A stretch of DNA of 44,186 bases from an uncultured virus (IMG/VR IMGVR_UViG_3300032138_000963). Taxonomy: Duplodnaviria > Heunggongvirae > Uroviricota > Caudoviricetes. The stretch's first letter is position 1; every line of letters begins with the position of its first letter. The notes beneath the pieces were generated by a model, which was given only the letters and a program-made list of their open reading frames with translations, searched no databases and was not told where the DNA came from. This document shows, in pieces, positions 1 to 8,414 of this stretch. The stretch is taken from IMG/VR virus record IMGVR_UViG_3300032138_000963; one strand, written 5' to 3'. A program made the position numbers and the translations under genes.

Positions 1-717
1 GCGATTGCTTCCATAGCCGGGAAAGATGTCGATGAGAGCGACGTCGGCAGTGAGGGTTGGAACGATCTGGTGGGCGTCTCCGATAATGGTTTCGACGGTT
101 GTGCCATGAAGATCGAGTTTGGGCAAGATCCACTCGACGAGTTCTTCATCTTCCTCGACGAGGGTCACCTTCTTGACGTTGCGCTTCGCGCAAACCTGCT
201 CGAGCTGGTAACCCATACCAAGACCAGCGACCACAGTGTGACCTCGAGCCATCCGGATGCCGGGCCGGAGAGAGAAGAATTCCATGGGGGTGAAAGACAT
301 CCAGGGGTCGCTGCCCCAATACACGCCGCCCTCGCGCTGCTTGCCACGATGGAGCATTGGGATGAGGACTTCGGAATCGAAGCAGATCGCCCCCCGCTTG
401 TTGCCAGAGAAAATCGGAAGCGTTCCCCCGGCTTCGATGAGTCGCTCTCGATATCCCCACCTTCCGCTTGGGGATACGGCGAACTTTCGCTTCGATTTCC
501 TGTAGCAGGCGTTAGGATCTCGCTCCGACGCGCTGCTCGGCTTGACCTTGAAGAGGCTTGGCTGCTTGTAGGTCTCCCCCTGAATCTTCAGGCTCGGCTC
601 GAACTTCATGTTTGGATCCCACGGGACGGAATCTACTTCCTTCGCCTCGGCATGCCGCCGCTCTGCCAGATCGTCAGCATCGCGCTCTCGTTGTGTTCGC
701 GTATCGAAGAAAAACAC
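1..717 (-). CDS. Class I SAM-dependent methyltransferase / spermidine-synthase-fold protein, 3' end outside window
   Basis: Manual translation from GTG at 717 (GGAGG upstream), open to base 1: WMSFTPME...HTVVAGLGMG...VTLVEED...IIGDA...VALIDIF, i.e. SAM-binding Rossmann motifs. Not in the ORF track. Confidence 0.75.
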   Translation of the reverse strand, partial: MFFFDTRTQRERDADDLAERRHAEAKEVDSVPWDPNMKFEPSLKIQGETYKQPSLFKVKPSSASERDPNACYRKSKRKFAVSPSGRWGYRERLIEAGGTLPIFSGNKRGAICFDSEVLIPMLHRGKQREGGVYWGSDPWMSFTPMEFFSLRPGIRMARGHTVVAGLGMGYQLEQVCAKRNVKKVTLVEEDEELVEWILPKLDLHGTTVETIIGDAHQIVPTLTADVALIDIFPGYGSNR

Positions 718-720
718 CTT

Positions 721-813
721 TCACTCCTCCTTCTTGGGCATGAACTTGTCCATGTTGACGGTGATGAAGAGCATCGCCGAAGCGATGACTCCGGCGAGTA
801 TCTCTCCCCACAT
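721..813 (-). CDS. 30-aa membrane peptide MWGEILAGVIASAMLFITVNMDKFMPKKEE
   Basis: Fills the gap exactly; hydrophobic helix; similar to 43550-43639. Confidence 0.65.
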   Translation of the reverse strand: MWGEILAGVIASAMLFITVNMDKFMPKKEE

Positions 814-814
814 T

Positions 815-1258
815 CTAGTAGTCCTCTAGATTGCCCTGGGAATCCATGTTGCAGATCTGCGATCCCGTTGCGAGAAGCAGTGCCCAGAACAACAGCCGAA
901 AATCTTCGAGGCCCTCCCCAAGCTTGACCCGGCTTGGCGGGACGTAGCCTCGTTCGAGTAGCCAGAGTAGATCCCCGAGTGGTACGCACCCCTGCTTTTC
1001 TCCCTCATCCTCGGTCGAGTAGGGCAAGAAAACATCGAGCACGACGGTGCGTGCGGCCATGCCTCGCGGCGTGACGAAGATGGGTCGGCGCTCGTCGACG
1101 ATGCAGTGCGGCGGGCACTGGTCGAGGTCTCCGGAGATGAATGCGTCGACTTCGTCATTCGACTCGACGAAGATGATCTCCTTGGTAGCCTTCTTCTGGT
1201 AATAAAAAAGGCCATCACTTGGATGGCCCAGATACTGGCAGACGTTTCGCTCAGACAT
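815..1258 (-). CDS. hypothetical protein
   Basis: ORF tiling, TGATG coupling. Confidence 0.7.
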   Translation of the reverse strand: MSERNVCQYLGHPSDGLFYYQKKATKEIIFVESNDEVDAFISGDLDQCPPHCIVDERRPIFVTPRGMAARTVVLDVFLPYSTEDEGEKQGCVPLGDLLWLLERGYVPPSRVKLGEGLEDFRLLFWALLLATGSQICNMDSQGNLEDY

Positions 1259-1560
1259 CAGTAATACCGTTTCGTTATCCCCATCCTGATGGCGAAGTCC
1301 AAAAGCGCCTTAGCGTCGTGCTCGTTGTCCATGCTCATCTTCTCCATGAAGTAACCAACGCCAAGGCTCTCGGTGGTCACATCGATGAAGAGAAACGAGA
1401 CGCCTCCAACATCCTGCTTTTTGAGCCAGGTCAACAGCTTTCCGCTGCCCGTGTTCGTCAGGGCGATGTAGTACCTGGCCCCGTTTCCAGGCTGCCAATC
1501 GAAGAGTCCTGCGGGCCCTTCGGCAAGGTGGGGCTCTCTTTTCTTTTGCGCTTCGCTCAT
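1258..1560 (-). CDS. hypothetical protein (start MSEAQKK)
   Basis: ATGA overlap with upstream stop; AAGGA RBS. Confidence 0.7.
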   Translation of the reverse strand: MSEAQKKREPHLAEGPAGLFDWQPGNGARYYIALTNTGSGKLLTWLKKQDVGGVSFLFIDVTTESLGVGYFMEKMSMDNEHDAKALLDFAIRMGITKRYY

Positions 1561-1760
1561 GATTGTCCTTTCCAGATTTTGAAGCACTCGCTCACGGCTT
1601 CGGAAAGCGTTTCGCCCCATCCGGTCGCGTCCTGTGACCCGCGAGTAGGCGCCTGAACAGTGACGCCTTCTCCGTCCGAAGCATCGATGTAGACGGACGA
1701 GGTGTAGTCCTTGGAGAACTCCACCATTTCCTCGAGCTTCTTGTACCAGGGCTGCGCCAT
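1557..1760 (-). CDS. small protein, possible HicB-like N-terminal fold
   Basis: ATGWGETLSEAV resembles the HicB G-x-T-x-E-E-A motif. Confidence 0.45.
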   Translation of the reverse strand: MAQPWYKKLEEMVEFSKDYTSSVYIDASDGEGVTVQAPTRGSQDATGWGETLSEAVSECFKIWKGQS

Positions 1761-2011
1761 TATGCCGGCCCCATCCAGATGAGGTTTTCGTCGGCAAACT
1801 CGTAGACTTCCGCGAGGTATCCGTCAGCTTCTTGCTGGAGGTCGTACGGTTCCAGGTCGAGGATCTCGGTCAGGTATTCGGCGTAGAGCGTGTCGTCGAA
1901 TGCTGGACACTTGGAGATTTCCTCAGCGATCTTCTCGACGACTTCACGGGTAGTGAGATCGTCGTTGTCGAGGTGTTGCTTGATGTCGCAGGTTGTCTTC
2001 CAGTTAGCCAT
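1760..2011 (-). CDS. small highly acidic protein
   Basis: ORF tiling; D/E-rich. Confidence 0.75.
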   Translation of the reverse strand: MANWKTTCDIKQHLDNDDLTTREVVEKIAEEISKCPAFDDTLYAEYLTEILDLEPYDLQQEADGYLAEVYEFADENLIWMGPA

Positions 2012-2336
2012 GGAGTTCTCGATCCCAGATCAGAGCGCCCCCGCGGCTGTGCTCGATTCGGATGATGTGCGAGTCAGCGAGCGGGAACCCTCCGCTTGAG
2101 CGACGATTGTGAATTAGGAGTGGAATCTTCATTCCTCCGCCCGGCGACTTCGGGTTTCCCATACTCCGTCCGATGTACCCGGTGTCGAAATTTCTGGCAC
2201 TTCTGCCCCAATCTCCATCGTAGATGATCTTGACTCGAACTCGATCGCGTCGCAGCCGGTCCAGTTGGACCATCAGAGATTCGCTCTCCGTGCGATAAAT
2301 CGTTCCGTCGCTGGATACCGGCATCGCCACCCTCAC
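2004..2336 (-). CDS. phage hypothetical protein
   Basis: ORF tiling; GYIGRSMG...KIPLLIHNRRSSGG motif. Confidence 0.7.
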   Translation of the reverse strand: MRVAMPVSSDGTIYRTESESLMVQLDRLRRDRVRVKIIYDGDWGRSARNFDTGYIGRSMGNPKSPGGGMKIPLLIHNRRSSGGFPLADSHIIRIEHSRGGALIWDRELHG

Positions 2337-2767
2337 TACCCGAAAACGACTTTACCCATCACGCAGCACTGGATGAAGACATCGGCCGTGATCGCGTCGT
2401 CGTTCTGGATCCGAAAATCGTTCCAGTGCCGCTTGTACTTCGTCGACATGACCTCGACGCCTCGCTTGATGGCTTCGAGGTCCAGCACGTATTCCTCGTC
2501 CTCGTCCTCGTTGTCGTAGAGCGTCACCTTCCCACCCTCGACGAAGGGAGCGATGTAGAGCTTTCGGACTTCCTTCCACTGGTCGGGGTCGCGCAGCCAG
2601 GGGATCTTCTCGACGTCGAAGTCGGGCGGATATTCCACATCGGCTCGACCAGCCCAGTAGTTGGTCGCGCCACCATCGAAGGCGTTGATGAGTAGGCTCA
2701 TCAGATCGTTCGCGTCGACTTCGTCGGTCACAGTGAAGGTGAAGGATTTCTTTTCTGGTTCGGTCAT
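2336..2767 (-). CDS. phage hypothetical protein
   Basis: GGATNYWA...DAITADVFIQ...VVFG C-terminus. Confidence 0.75.
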   Translation of the reverse strand: MTEPEKKSFTFTVTDEVDANDLMSLLINAFDGGATNYWAGRADVEYPPDFDVEKIPWLRDPDQWKEVRKLYIAPFVEGGKVTLYDNEDEDEEYVLDLEAIKRGVEVMSTKYKRHWNDFRIQNDDAITADVFIQCCVMGKVVFG

Positions 2768-3009
2768 CGTCCTATCTCATGTCTGTACTGCCACATGCCG
2801 GCGCCGTAGGACTGGCGCAGAAACGAAGCGTGGTCCTCGAGTGCTTTCGAGGTGAGTTCCTTCGCAATGTCTTTTCCGGTCTTCCTGGGATAGATGCGAC
2901 GCCCAGCTTTCTTGAGCGCCTTCGCGTCGTCGTAACCCATTTGGTACGCCTGGCTCATGGCGCGCTTGAGGCTGCGCCCGCCTGGATCGGAGACGAGATT
3001 CAGGCGCAC
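2764..3009 (-). CDS. hypothetical protein
   Basis: ORF tiling. Confidence 0.6.
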   Translation of the reverse strand: MRLNLVSDPGGRSLKRAMSQAYQMGYDDAKALKKAGRRIYPRKTGKDIAKELTSKALEDHASFLRQSYGAGMWQYRHEIGR

Positions 3010-3275
3010 TTTTCCGCCTCAGTTTTGCAGAGGTCGTACGCCTTAGAGTACGCGTCGTAGTCCTCCGAGTGAGCGAGGGACCCGATCTTGCTCGCGTAGA
3101 GAACGCAGATCGGGTGCGTGTTCACCCAGTCGGTCCCCTCTTCGATCGCTCGAGCTTCAACCCAGATCCTCTTCACCACCTCAGCAAAGGAGATGGCGAT
3201 GCCGCTGAGGTTGCAGGCGTCCTGAGCGAAAATGGCGCCCTGGTAATCCTTGGGAGAAAGTCCTTCGTCACTCAT
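3000..3275 (-). CDS. hypothetical protein (start MSDEGL)
   Basis: Coupled start; QDACNLSG motif. Confidence 0.7.
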   Translation of the reverse strand: MSDEGLSPKDYQGAIFAQDACNLSGIAISFAEVVKRIWVEARAIEEGTDWVNTHPICVLYASKIGSLAHSEDYDAYSKAYDLCKTEAEKCA

Positions 3276-3741
3276 CGTCTTCGTCTTCCTCGCCAACCGC
3301 CTCGATGTAGTACTGCTCACCCATCGGCGAATCGTGGTGCCAGCATGTAATCGAAAAGGTCTTGCTTTCGTCGTCGATGTAGAGCTTGAAAGTCTTGTCG
3401 GTGTCGGGCAGAAACTTCCACAGGAACGCCTGGGCCTTGGTCTCGCTGACGACCATGGTCCCGCTGCGATTTTGCCAGCCTAGATTCTCCCCTCGGATGA
3501 ACCAGCTTTTCCCGTCGGGGTTGTACTCGTCCATCTTCTGCTGGAGGTCCTCGAGTAACTGCTCCCACTCGAAGGTGAAAATGTCGGGATCCTGAGACGC
3601 CTTCTCCCATGCGTCAGCCTCGGATAGTTCGAGGTCTTCCTCCCGCAGGAAGTCTGCCTGCCCCTGAGTGATGTCGCAGGTGTCCCAGCTGAGCCACAGC
3701 TTGGGCTCATCCATCTTTTCGACTGCCGACATCTCGTTCAT
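3268..3741 (-). CDS. acidic phage hypothetical protein
   Basis: GENLGWQNRSG...HHDSPMGE motif; ATGA overlap. Confidence 0.75.
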   Translation of the reverse strand: MNEMSAVEKMDEPKLWLSWDTCDITQGQADFLREEDLELSEADAWEKASQDPDIFTFEWEQLLEDLQQKMDEYNPDGKSWFIRGENLGWQNRSGTMVVSETKAQAFLWKFLPDTDKTFKLYIDDESKTFSITCWHHDSPMGEQYYIEAVGEEDEDDE

Positions 3742-4157
3742 CGCCCCACGTTTGGTGGAATCTGGCACTCGGGCAGAACCTGCTGCGCAAGTGCTAGTCC
3801 AGGCTTCCAGTCGCTGCGCTCACCGTCGGAACTCACCTCCGTACCCGTGTGATGCGCGAGCAGGCACAGGGTCGCCGTGACGACGACATCGTACGGCTTC
3901 ATCGCCGTCTTGCAGAACTGAAACCCGGAATCTCCCGGTGCAAGGACGAAGGTTTCATGGCCATCATCGTCCTTGCCGTTGAGATGGATCATCTCGGCGC
4001 TGAACTCCGGGGCTCGATCTACCTCGTCGCATTCGTACGCGACTTCGGCAATCCCCTGCTTCTTGGCGATGGATGCGACCTTCGAGGCCTGCGTGGCCAG
4101 CGTGGCGAAGGTGTCAGGCTCGATGTTCTTTGCTTCCCAGTAGTGCGTGTATCCCAT
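3738..4157 (-). CDS. phage hypothetical protein (MGYTHYW family)
   Basis: MGYTHYW...HETF...FCKTAMKPYD...VSSDG. Confidence 0.8.
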   Translation of the reverse strand: MGYTHYWEAKNIEPDTFATLATQASKVASIAKKQGIAEVAYECDEVDRAPEFSAEMIHLNGKDDDGHETFVLAPGDSGFQFCKTAMKPYDVVVTATLCLLAHHTGTEVSSDGERSDWKPGLALAQQVLPECQIPPNVGR

Positions 4158-4161
4158 ATCT

Positions 4162-4290
4162 CTACTTCTTCCTTTTGTTGGTCCTCTTGTTCCAGATGTG
4201 TTCTCCGAACAAAATTGTCAGTCCGCCGCCGCAGACGCTCCACAGCAGCAAGAGTAATTCGCCGACCCCACCACAGACACAGCTGATCAT
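4162..4290 (-). CDS. 42-aa membrane peptide MISCVCGGVGELLLLLWSVCGGGLTILFGEHIWNKRTNKRKK
   Basis: TGATG coupling; fills gap; hydrophobic segment plus basic tail. Confidence 0.6.
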   Translation of the reverse strand: MISCVCGGVGELLLLLWSVCGGGLTILFGEHIWNKRTNKRKK

Positions 4291-4568
4291 CAGTCCGCCT
4301 TGCCGAACAGCGATACCACGTCGACCTCAACCCAGAGCTGACGATCGCTCGATGTGTTGTCGATATCGTAGTCGGGATGATCTGGATTCGTGTGACTGAA
4401 GTCGCCCCAGACCTCGGAGTCTCTCTCTCGTTGGGCGGCAACCTCAGCGCCTTCCGGGGTGCTGTGCACTGAGATGATGGCGGTCCATTCTCCGTCGCAG
4501 GTTTGAGGCACGCCATCTGGCGAGATGTGGACGACGTAGACTTTTCCTTTTTGTACTTCTTGCATCAC
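4290..4568 (-). CDS. hypothetical protein
   Basis: ORF after terminator, GAGG RBS. Confidence 0.7.
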   Translation of the reverse strand: MMQEVQKGKVYVVHISPDGVPQTCDGEWTAIISVHSTPEGAEVAAQRERDSEVWGDFSHTNPDHPDYDIDNTSSDRQLWVEVDVVSLFGKAD

Positions 4569-4589
4569 ACCCTCGCTGAAATCGCGGGT

Positions 4590-4629
4590 AAAAAATGCGG
4601 GAGGCGAACGTGACCGGCTCGCCTCCCGC
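4590..4629 (-). terminator. intrinsic terminator
   Basis: 11-bp stem gcgggaggcga/tcgcctcccgc followed by a T-tract on the minus strand. Confidence 0.75.
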
Positions 4630-4652
4630 GACAGGAGAAAGAAATTGCAGTG

Positions 4653-4856
4653 CTAGCCAAATCGACGGACGATTTCATCGACTTCTCCTTCGAGTGATTT
4701 TGGCCATTCATGTGGGGTGCCATCCTCGTTGAGGATGATGATGTATTTCACGCCGAGCTGGTCACCCTTCAGGACGAGGACGATCTTTCCCGCCCACACG
4801 AGTGCTCGGTCTGGGATCTTCGAGCGGCTCAGTTTTGTGTAGGTCTTATCCGTCAC
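4653..4856 (-). CDS. hypothetical protein
   Basis: ORF tiling, GTG start. Confidence 0.6.
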   Translation of the reverse strand: MTDKTYTKLSRSKIPDRALVWAGKIVLVLKGDQLGVKYIIILNEDGTPHEWPKSLEGEVDEIVRRFG

Positions 4857-5454
4857 TCGTCTTGACCCGGCCCTCACGGACGGCTCGGCTGTAGTTGTCG
4901 GTGGGGATAAACACCTTCATGCCGTTGGCGATCAGTGTTTCGTAGATCGGCGCCACCGCGAACCCGAGTTCGGAGTAGGGCATGTTCGCAACCCAAAGCG
5001 CCTGATCACGGGTGATCTTGTCGAAGGGGGTGTCTGTGACCTTCTCGAAAAGCGACGAAGAGCACATGACTTCCTTGAGATTGCACGCGTCGCCCTCCGC
5101 CGATGGGCAGGGCGTTCGAAGCAGGGATCGTAGACCGTTTCCGCCTTCGTCGTAGTCGCCTCCATTTTCCCCGACGTAGATGTAGGGCTCGACGTTCTCG
5201 AAGCTCCAACGCGTCGGGTCAACGATTCGGCCGTCGTCGAGCAGAGTCCAACCGTGCCGCTGTAATCCGAGGGCGCAGACGCTCCAGAATCCATCCGGAT
5301 CGACGTCGCCGAGGAAGTGGCCATAGGCATAGTGCCCGTGACCAAGGACGCTGATGGCGGCATGGGCAAGCTGTGAGCACTTGCCGTGCCATTTATCTGC
5401 GGGCTCTCCCCAGGCCTCCTCGAGCATTTCGATGGTGAGTTCTTCAGGTTCCAT
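4846..5454 (-). CDS. putative transglutaminase-like (Cys-His-Asp) protein
   Basis: GKCSQLA...HGWTLLDDGRIVDPT. Confidence 0.55.
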   Translation of the reverse strand: MEPEELTIEMLEEAWGEPADKWHGKCSQLAHAAISVLGHGHYAYGHFLGDVDPDGFWSVCALGLQRHGWTLLDDGRIVDPTRWSFENVEPYIYVGENGGDYDEGGNGLRSLLRTPCPSAEGDACNLKEVMCSSSLFEKVTDTPFDKITRDQALWVANMPYSELGFAVAPIYETLIANGMKVFIPTDNYSRAVREGRVKTSDG

Positions 5455-5671
5455 TTTCGCCCTCCTCCTGGCTCAGCAAGATAACGAGATCGAAGCTCAG
5501 CGACTGAGAGATTTTCGCCATCTCGAATCGGACATTGCGAGAATCATCCTCGAACGTCTCGCTCGGAATCTCCCCGCTTTGCAACCCGCGATGCCTGCTG
5601 AACGCGGTCTCGAGGTCGCGGAACTTTTTCTCAGCGAGGTCCATGAGGGCTCGTTGCTGTTTCGATCGCAT
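5444..5671 (-). CDS. hypothetical protein
   Basis: ORF tiling. Confidence 0.6.
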   Translation of the reverse strand: MRSKQQRALMDLAEKKFRDLETAFSRHRGLQSGEIPSETFEDDSRNVRFEMAKISQSLSFDLVILLSQEEGENGT

Positions 5672-5682
5672 GAGTTCTTTCT

Positions 5683-5952
5683 TTAGCGCAGTCGGCCGTT
5701 GTTGAGGGCCTGCTGAATCTTGATTGGGGTGGTGGTGTAGTAAATGCGCGCGCGCTCACTGCCGTCTGTGTCTTCGCGTACGAGAGTGAGGAAGCCTTCC
5801 TCTATGAGGCGACGTACGCTATTCGTGCGTCGCCTGTTGTAGGCGTGGACCGGAGGAAAGTCCCTCCTCTCAGGCTCCGCCTTCAGGCTGCGCCGAAGGT
5901 GACAGAGGAGCCACCAAGTATCGTGCCCGTACCGCTTGGGTTCGGTCTTCAT
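5683..5952 (-). CDS. possible winged-helix DNA-binding protein
   Basis: SVRRLIEEGFLTLVRE...RIYYTTT; AAGGAG RBS. Confidence 0.55.
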   Translation of the reverse strand: MKTEPKRYGHDTWWLLCHLRRSLKAEPERRDFPPVHAYNRRRTNSVRRLIEEGFLTLVREDTDGSERARIYYTTTPIKIQQALNNGRLR

Positions 5953-5959
5953 TGCGCTT

Positions 5960-6165
5960 GCTCCTTATTGCAGAAAGGGCGATCCAACAATGGAGGGGTC
6001 GTTGGCGGGATCGAGCAGCCCATCGCCACCGCGTAAAGCGGGCGCACAGCGGAATCGTCCCGCGCTCCATTGAGGGTTCCTACTTTGCCAGGCCTCTAGA
6101 AGCCGAGCGTTTCGCCGCCAACGCCGTGGCGGGGTTTCCTTCCCGGTTTTCACCCCGGGTCGGAG
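5960..6165 (-). ncRNA. candidate structured intergenic RNA
   Basis: About 210-nt gap with nested stems (5988-5995/6065-6072, 6005-6010/6058-6063) and hairpins at 6091-6104, 6115-6132 and 6142-6159. Confidence 0.35.
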
Positions 6166-6169
6166 AAAA

Positions 6170-7144
6170 TTAGGAGGCCTTTTCAGTCTTCCGACGAATC
6201 TCCTTGAGGTGAAACCGGCACCGAAACCCCTCGAGTCCGCCCATGTACTGACGGTGGTCGTTGATGAGATTCTCTCCGCCGTAGGTACCGTTGCCGCACA
6301 TGGGAAGCAGGTCCTTGTGCGCGCTACGCAGCGCGCCGATATCCTCGGCGATGTGGTACAGGCCCCACCAGGCTCGCAGGGCATCCTCGGAAAACTCGAG
6401 CGCCTCCTCAGTCTTTTCGTGGACGAGAAGAGTGAGGTAGCGTGTCAGGACGCTGGCGAATTCCGCGGCCATTTGCTCATCTTGAACAGGGGTCGTCGGT
6501 TCGAGTTCGGCCAGGAATGCTGCGCAGTATGGGAGGATGCGTTCGGCCCACCTGGCGTAGTGCTCAGCTTCGATGTTTCGCCAGTCGCCTCGAGTGGTTT
6601 CCATGTAGGACTCGCGGATCGACGCCATGTATTCCTCGAAGTTCCGATCATCCATGCGGTGCGAGCTGAAGTTTTCCTCTTGCAAGTCGTACCCCATGCC
6701 CTCGGCGAACTCCTCGAACGTCTTGCCCTGCCACGATGGCTCGTATGGGACGACATACGAAAAGCTCTCCTCGTAGTCGCGCGCTGCCGCTCGCTTGAAG
6801 AGTTTCTCGGGGTGGCGCGTCTCGTCATTGAACACGGCCCACCCCATTCCGACGATGTGGTTGCAGAAGTCGGACAGACCGTCGTCGCTCAGGTAGTAGC
6901 TGTCGCGCGTTGTCGAGCGAGTCATATTTTCGTCGAGGCGCCTCTCTTCGCGCTCGACGATATTGTAGACCTCGGAGACCTTCGCCTCCATGAGCTTGCG
7001 GAACGAGGTTCCGAACTCAGGCGTCCAGGCTCGAAGGATATCCGCCTTGGTGAGCGTCGTGCTTTTGACCGGCCAGCCGATCTCAGCGACGCAGTCCCAA
7101 AATACACCTTCAGTGCACTCGCCTTCTCGTTTCGTAATTCCCAT
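6170..7144 (-). CDS. protein with DUF4240-like N-terminal domain
   Basis: FWDCVAEIGW...LSDDGLSDFCNHIVGMG resembles the DUF4240 FW...SDDGF...I.xG pattern. Confidence 0.6.
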   Translation of the reverse strand: MGITKREGECTEGVFWDCVAEIGWPVKSTTLTKADILRAWTPEFGTSFRKLMEAKVSEVYNIVEREERRLDENMTRSTTRDSYYLSDDGLSDFCNHIVGMGWAVFNDETRHPEKLFKRAAARDYEESFSYVVPYEPSWQGKTFEEFAEGMGYDLQEENFSSHRMDDRNFEEYMASIRESYMETTRGDWRNIEAEHYARWAERILPYCAAFLAELEPTTPVQDEQMAAEFASVLTRYLTLLVHEKTEEALEFSEDALRAWWGLYHIAEDIGALRSAHKDLLPMCGNGTYGGENLINDHRQYMGGLEGFRCRFHLKEIRRKTEKAS

Positions 7145-7153
7145 TTCTTCCTC

Positions 7154-7456
7154 CTAGAAAATGACCTTGTCGTTGTCGAATACGGCCCAGTTCAGATCTT
7201 CCGCGTCGTTGTACCAGACGAAGGTGAGGCCATCGCGGACGACGACGGTAACGACATCAACGTCCTTGTGCTCCCACTTTCCGGTTCCTGGATCCCAACC
7301 CCACCTGAGGTGTTCGCTGGTCGGCTTTCCGGACCAGATGGAATCTCGGAAGTCGTATACGTCGAGTGGGAGGTAGGTCGTCTCCTCACTCGAGAGGTAG
7401 CCCCACAGCGCGAGCTTGGCTTTTTGGAATTGGTCGACGAGTTCTTTTGCGTTCAT
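7154..7456 (-). CDS. hypothetical protein (start MNAKEL)
   Basis: GAGGA RBS. Confidence 0.7.
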   Translation of the reverse strand: MNAKELVDQFQKAKLALWGYLSSEETTYLPLDVYDFRDSIWSGKPTSEHLRWGWDPGTGKWEHKDVDVVTVVVRDGLTFVWYNDAEDLNWAVFDNDKVIF

Positions 7457-7464
7457 GGTGTTCC

Positions 7465-7749
7465 TCAGTCGCAGTTCCAAACGGAGTGATACTGCGAGAC
7501 AGTGCCCTCCCATTTGAAGATCGGTTTTTCCTTGGGGTAGCTGATTACGACGACGCTATCGGCATCTTCGTCATGCGCCTGGAGCCGTCCGAAGTAGGCA
7601 GGCATCCCGCCCTGACCCTTCTCCTTGCTCTTGACGCAGCAGCCAGGCGTGCGAAACGCTTCGTCCATACTCGAGGCGTTGGGGGTGCCCATCGGAAGGT
7701 CGAGCCAAAGCTCGTGGTACTCGTCGTCGGTGAGTTCTTGAATTTCCAT
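7465..7749 (-). CDS. hypothetical protein
   Basis: ORF tiling. Confidence 0.7.
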   Translation of the reverse strand: MEIQELTDDEYHELWLDLPMGTPNASSMDEAFRTPGCCVKSKEKGQGGMPAYFGRLQAHDEDADSVVVISYPKEKPIFKWEGTVSQYHSVWNCD

Positions 7750-7770
7750 TTCACATCGCCAGCAGCGCGG

Positions 7771-8232
7771 TCATCGCTGAGGCCCCAGCTTGTCGTCGAT
7801 GAGCTTGCGAAGCTCGAAGAGGGTTTCATCGCTCGAGTTCTTGACGATGTATTCCGCGCTCGGAATCTTCAGCGTCTCCTCGATCATCGGTTCGTAGATG
7901 TACTCGTTTTGCTCGGTGTAGTAGGAGAGCTTGAGTTCTCGGTCCCACACATAGACTGAGAAGCCTTCAGTGATCAGGCTGATGTACGCCTGTGCAGCAT
8001 CCATCGGCGATGCTGCCCCGCATTCATTTTCCAGATCGAACCCGTAGCCGCCCGGCATGAAGCAGACTACGAACCGACTTCTCTTCTCGACCTGGTCAAA
8101 TCCGAAGACAGCCTTCATGAACTCGTCGAGCGTCGGGCACGGGCTTCCGGACGAGTTGATCTCGAGCATGTCCCATTTGAGCTGTTCATCCTCGATGGCG
8201 AAGACGCCGCCTGCTTTCTTTTGTTCTGTCAT
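7771..8232 (-). CDS. hypothetical protein
   Basis: ATGA coupling. Confidence 0.7.
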   Translation of the reverse strand: MTEQKKAGGVFAIEDEQLKWDMLEINSSGSPCPTLDEFMKAVFGFDQVEKRSRFVVCFMPGGYGFDLENECGAASPMDAAQAYISLITEGFSVYVWDRELKLSYYTEQNEYIYEPMIEETLKIPSAEYIVKNSSDETLFELRKLIDDKLGPQR

Positions 8233-8414
8233 CGCGCCTCTTTTGCGTTGAGAAACCTGATCATCATGGGAAGGCCGGCGACGGTTTCGCCGAACTCCAT
8301 CCCCTCGACTTCATCCACGGCATTGTCGCGCGAGTCATATTCGCCGTGAGACTCGAGCCAGCGCTCGAGGTCGGCGTCGTCGATTTCGATTTCGACTTCA
8401 GCCTTGATTATCAT
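8229..8414 (-). CDS. small acidic protein (start MIIKAE)
   Basis: ATGA coupling. Confidence 0.65.
   Translation of the reverse strand: MIIKAEVEIEIDDADLERWLESHGEYDSRDNAVDEVEGMEFGETVAGLPMMIRFLNAKEAR

Noticed and set aside
70..927. Long plus-strand ORFs (70-927, 6209-7489, 14913-16013, 20867-22054, 33911-34798 and others)
   Set aside because: Antisense shadows of GC-rich minus-strand genes; no motifs, and the minus strand already tiles with coupled starts and stops.
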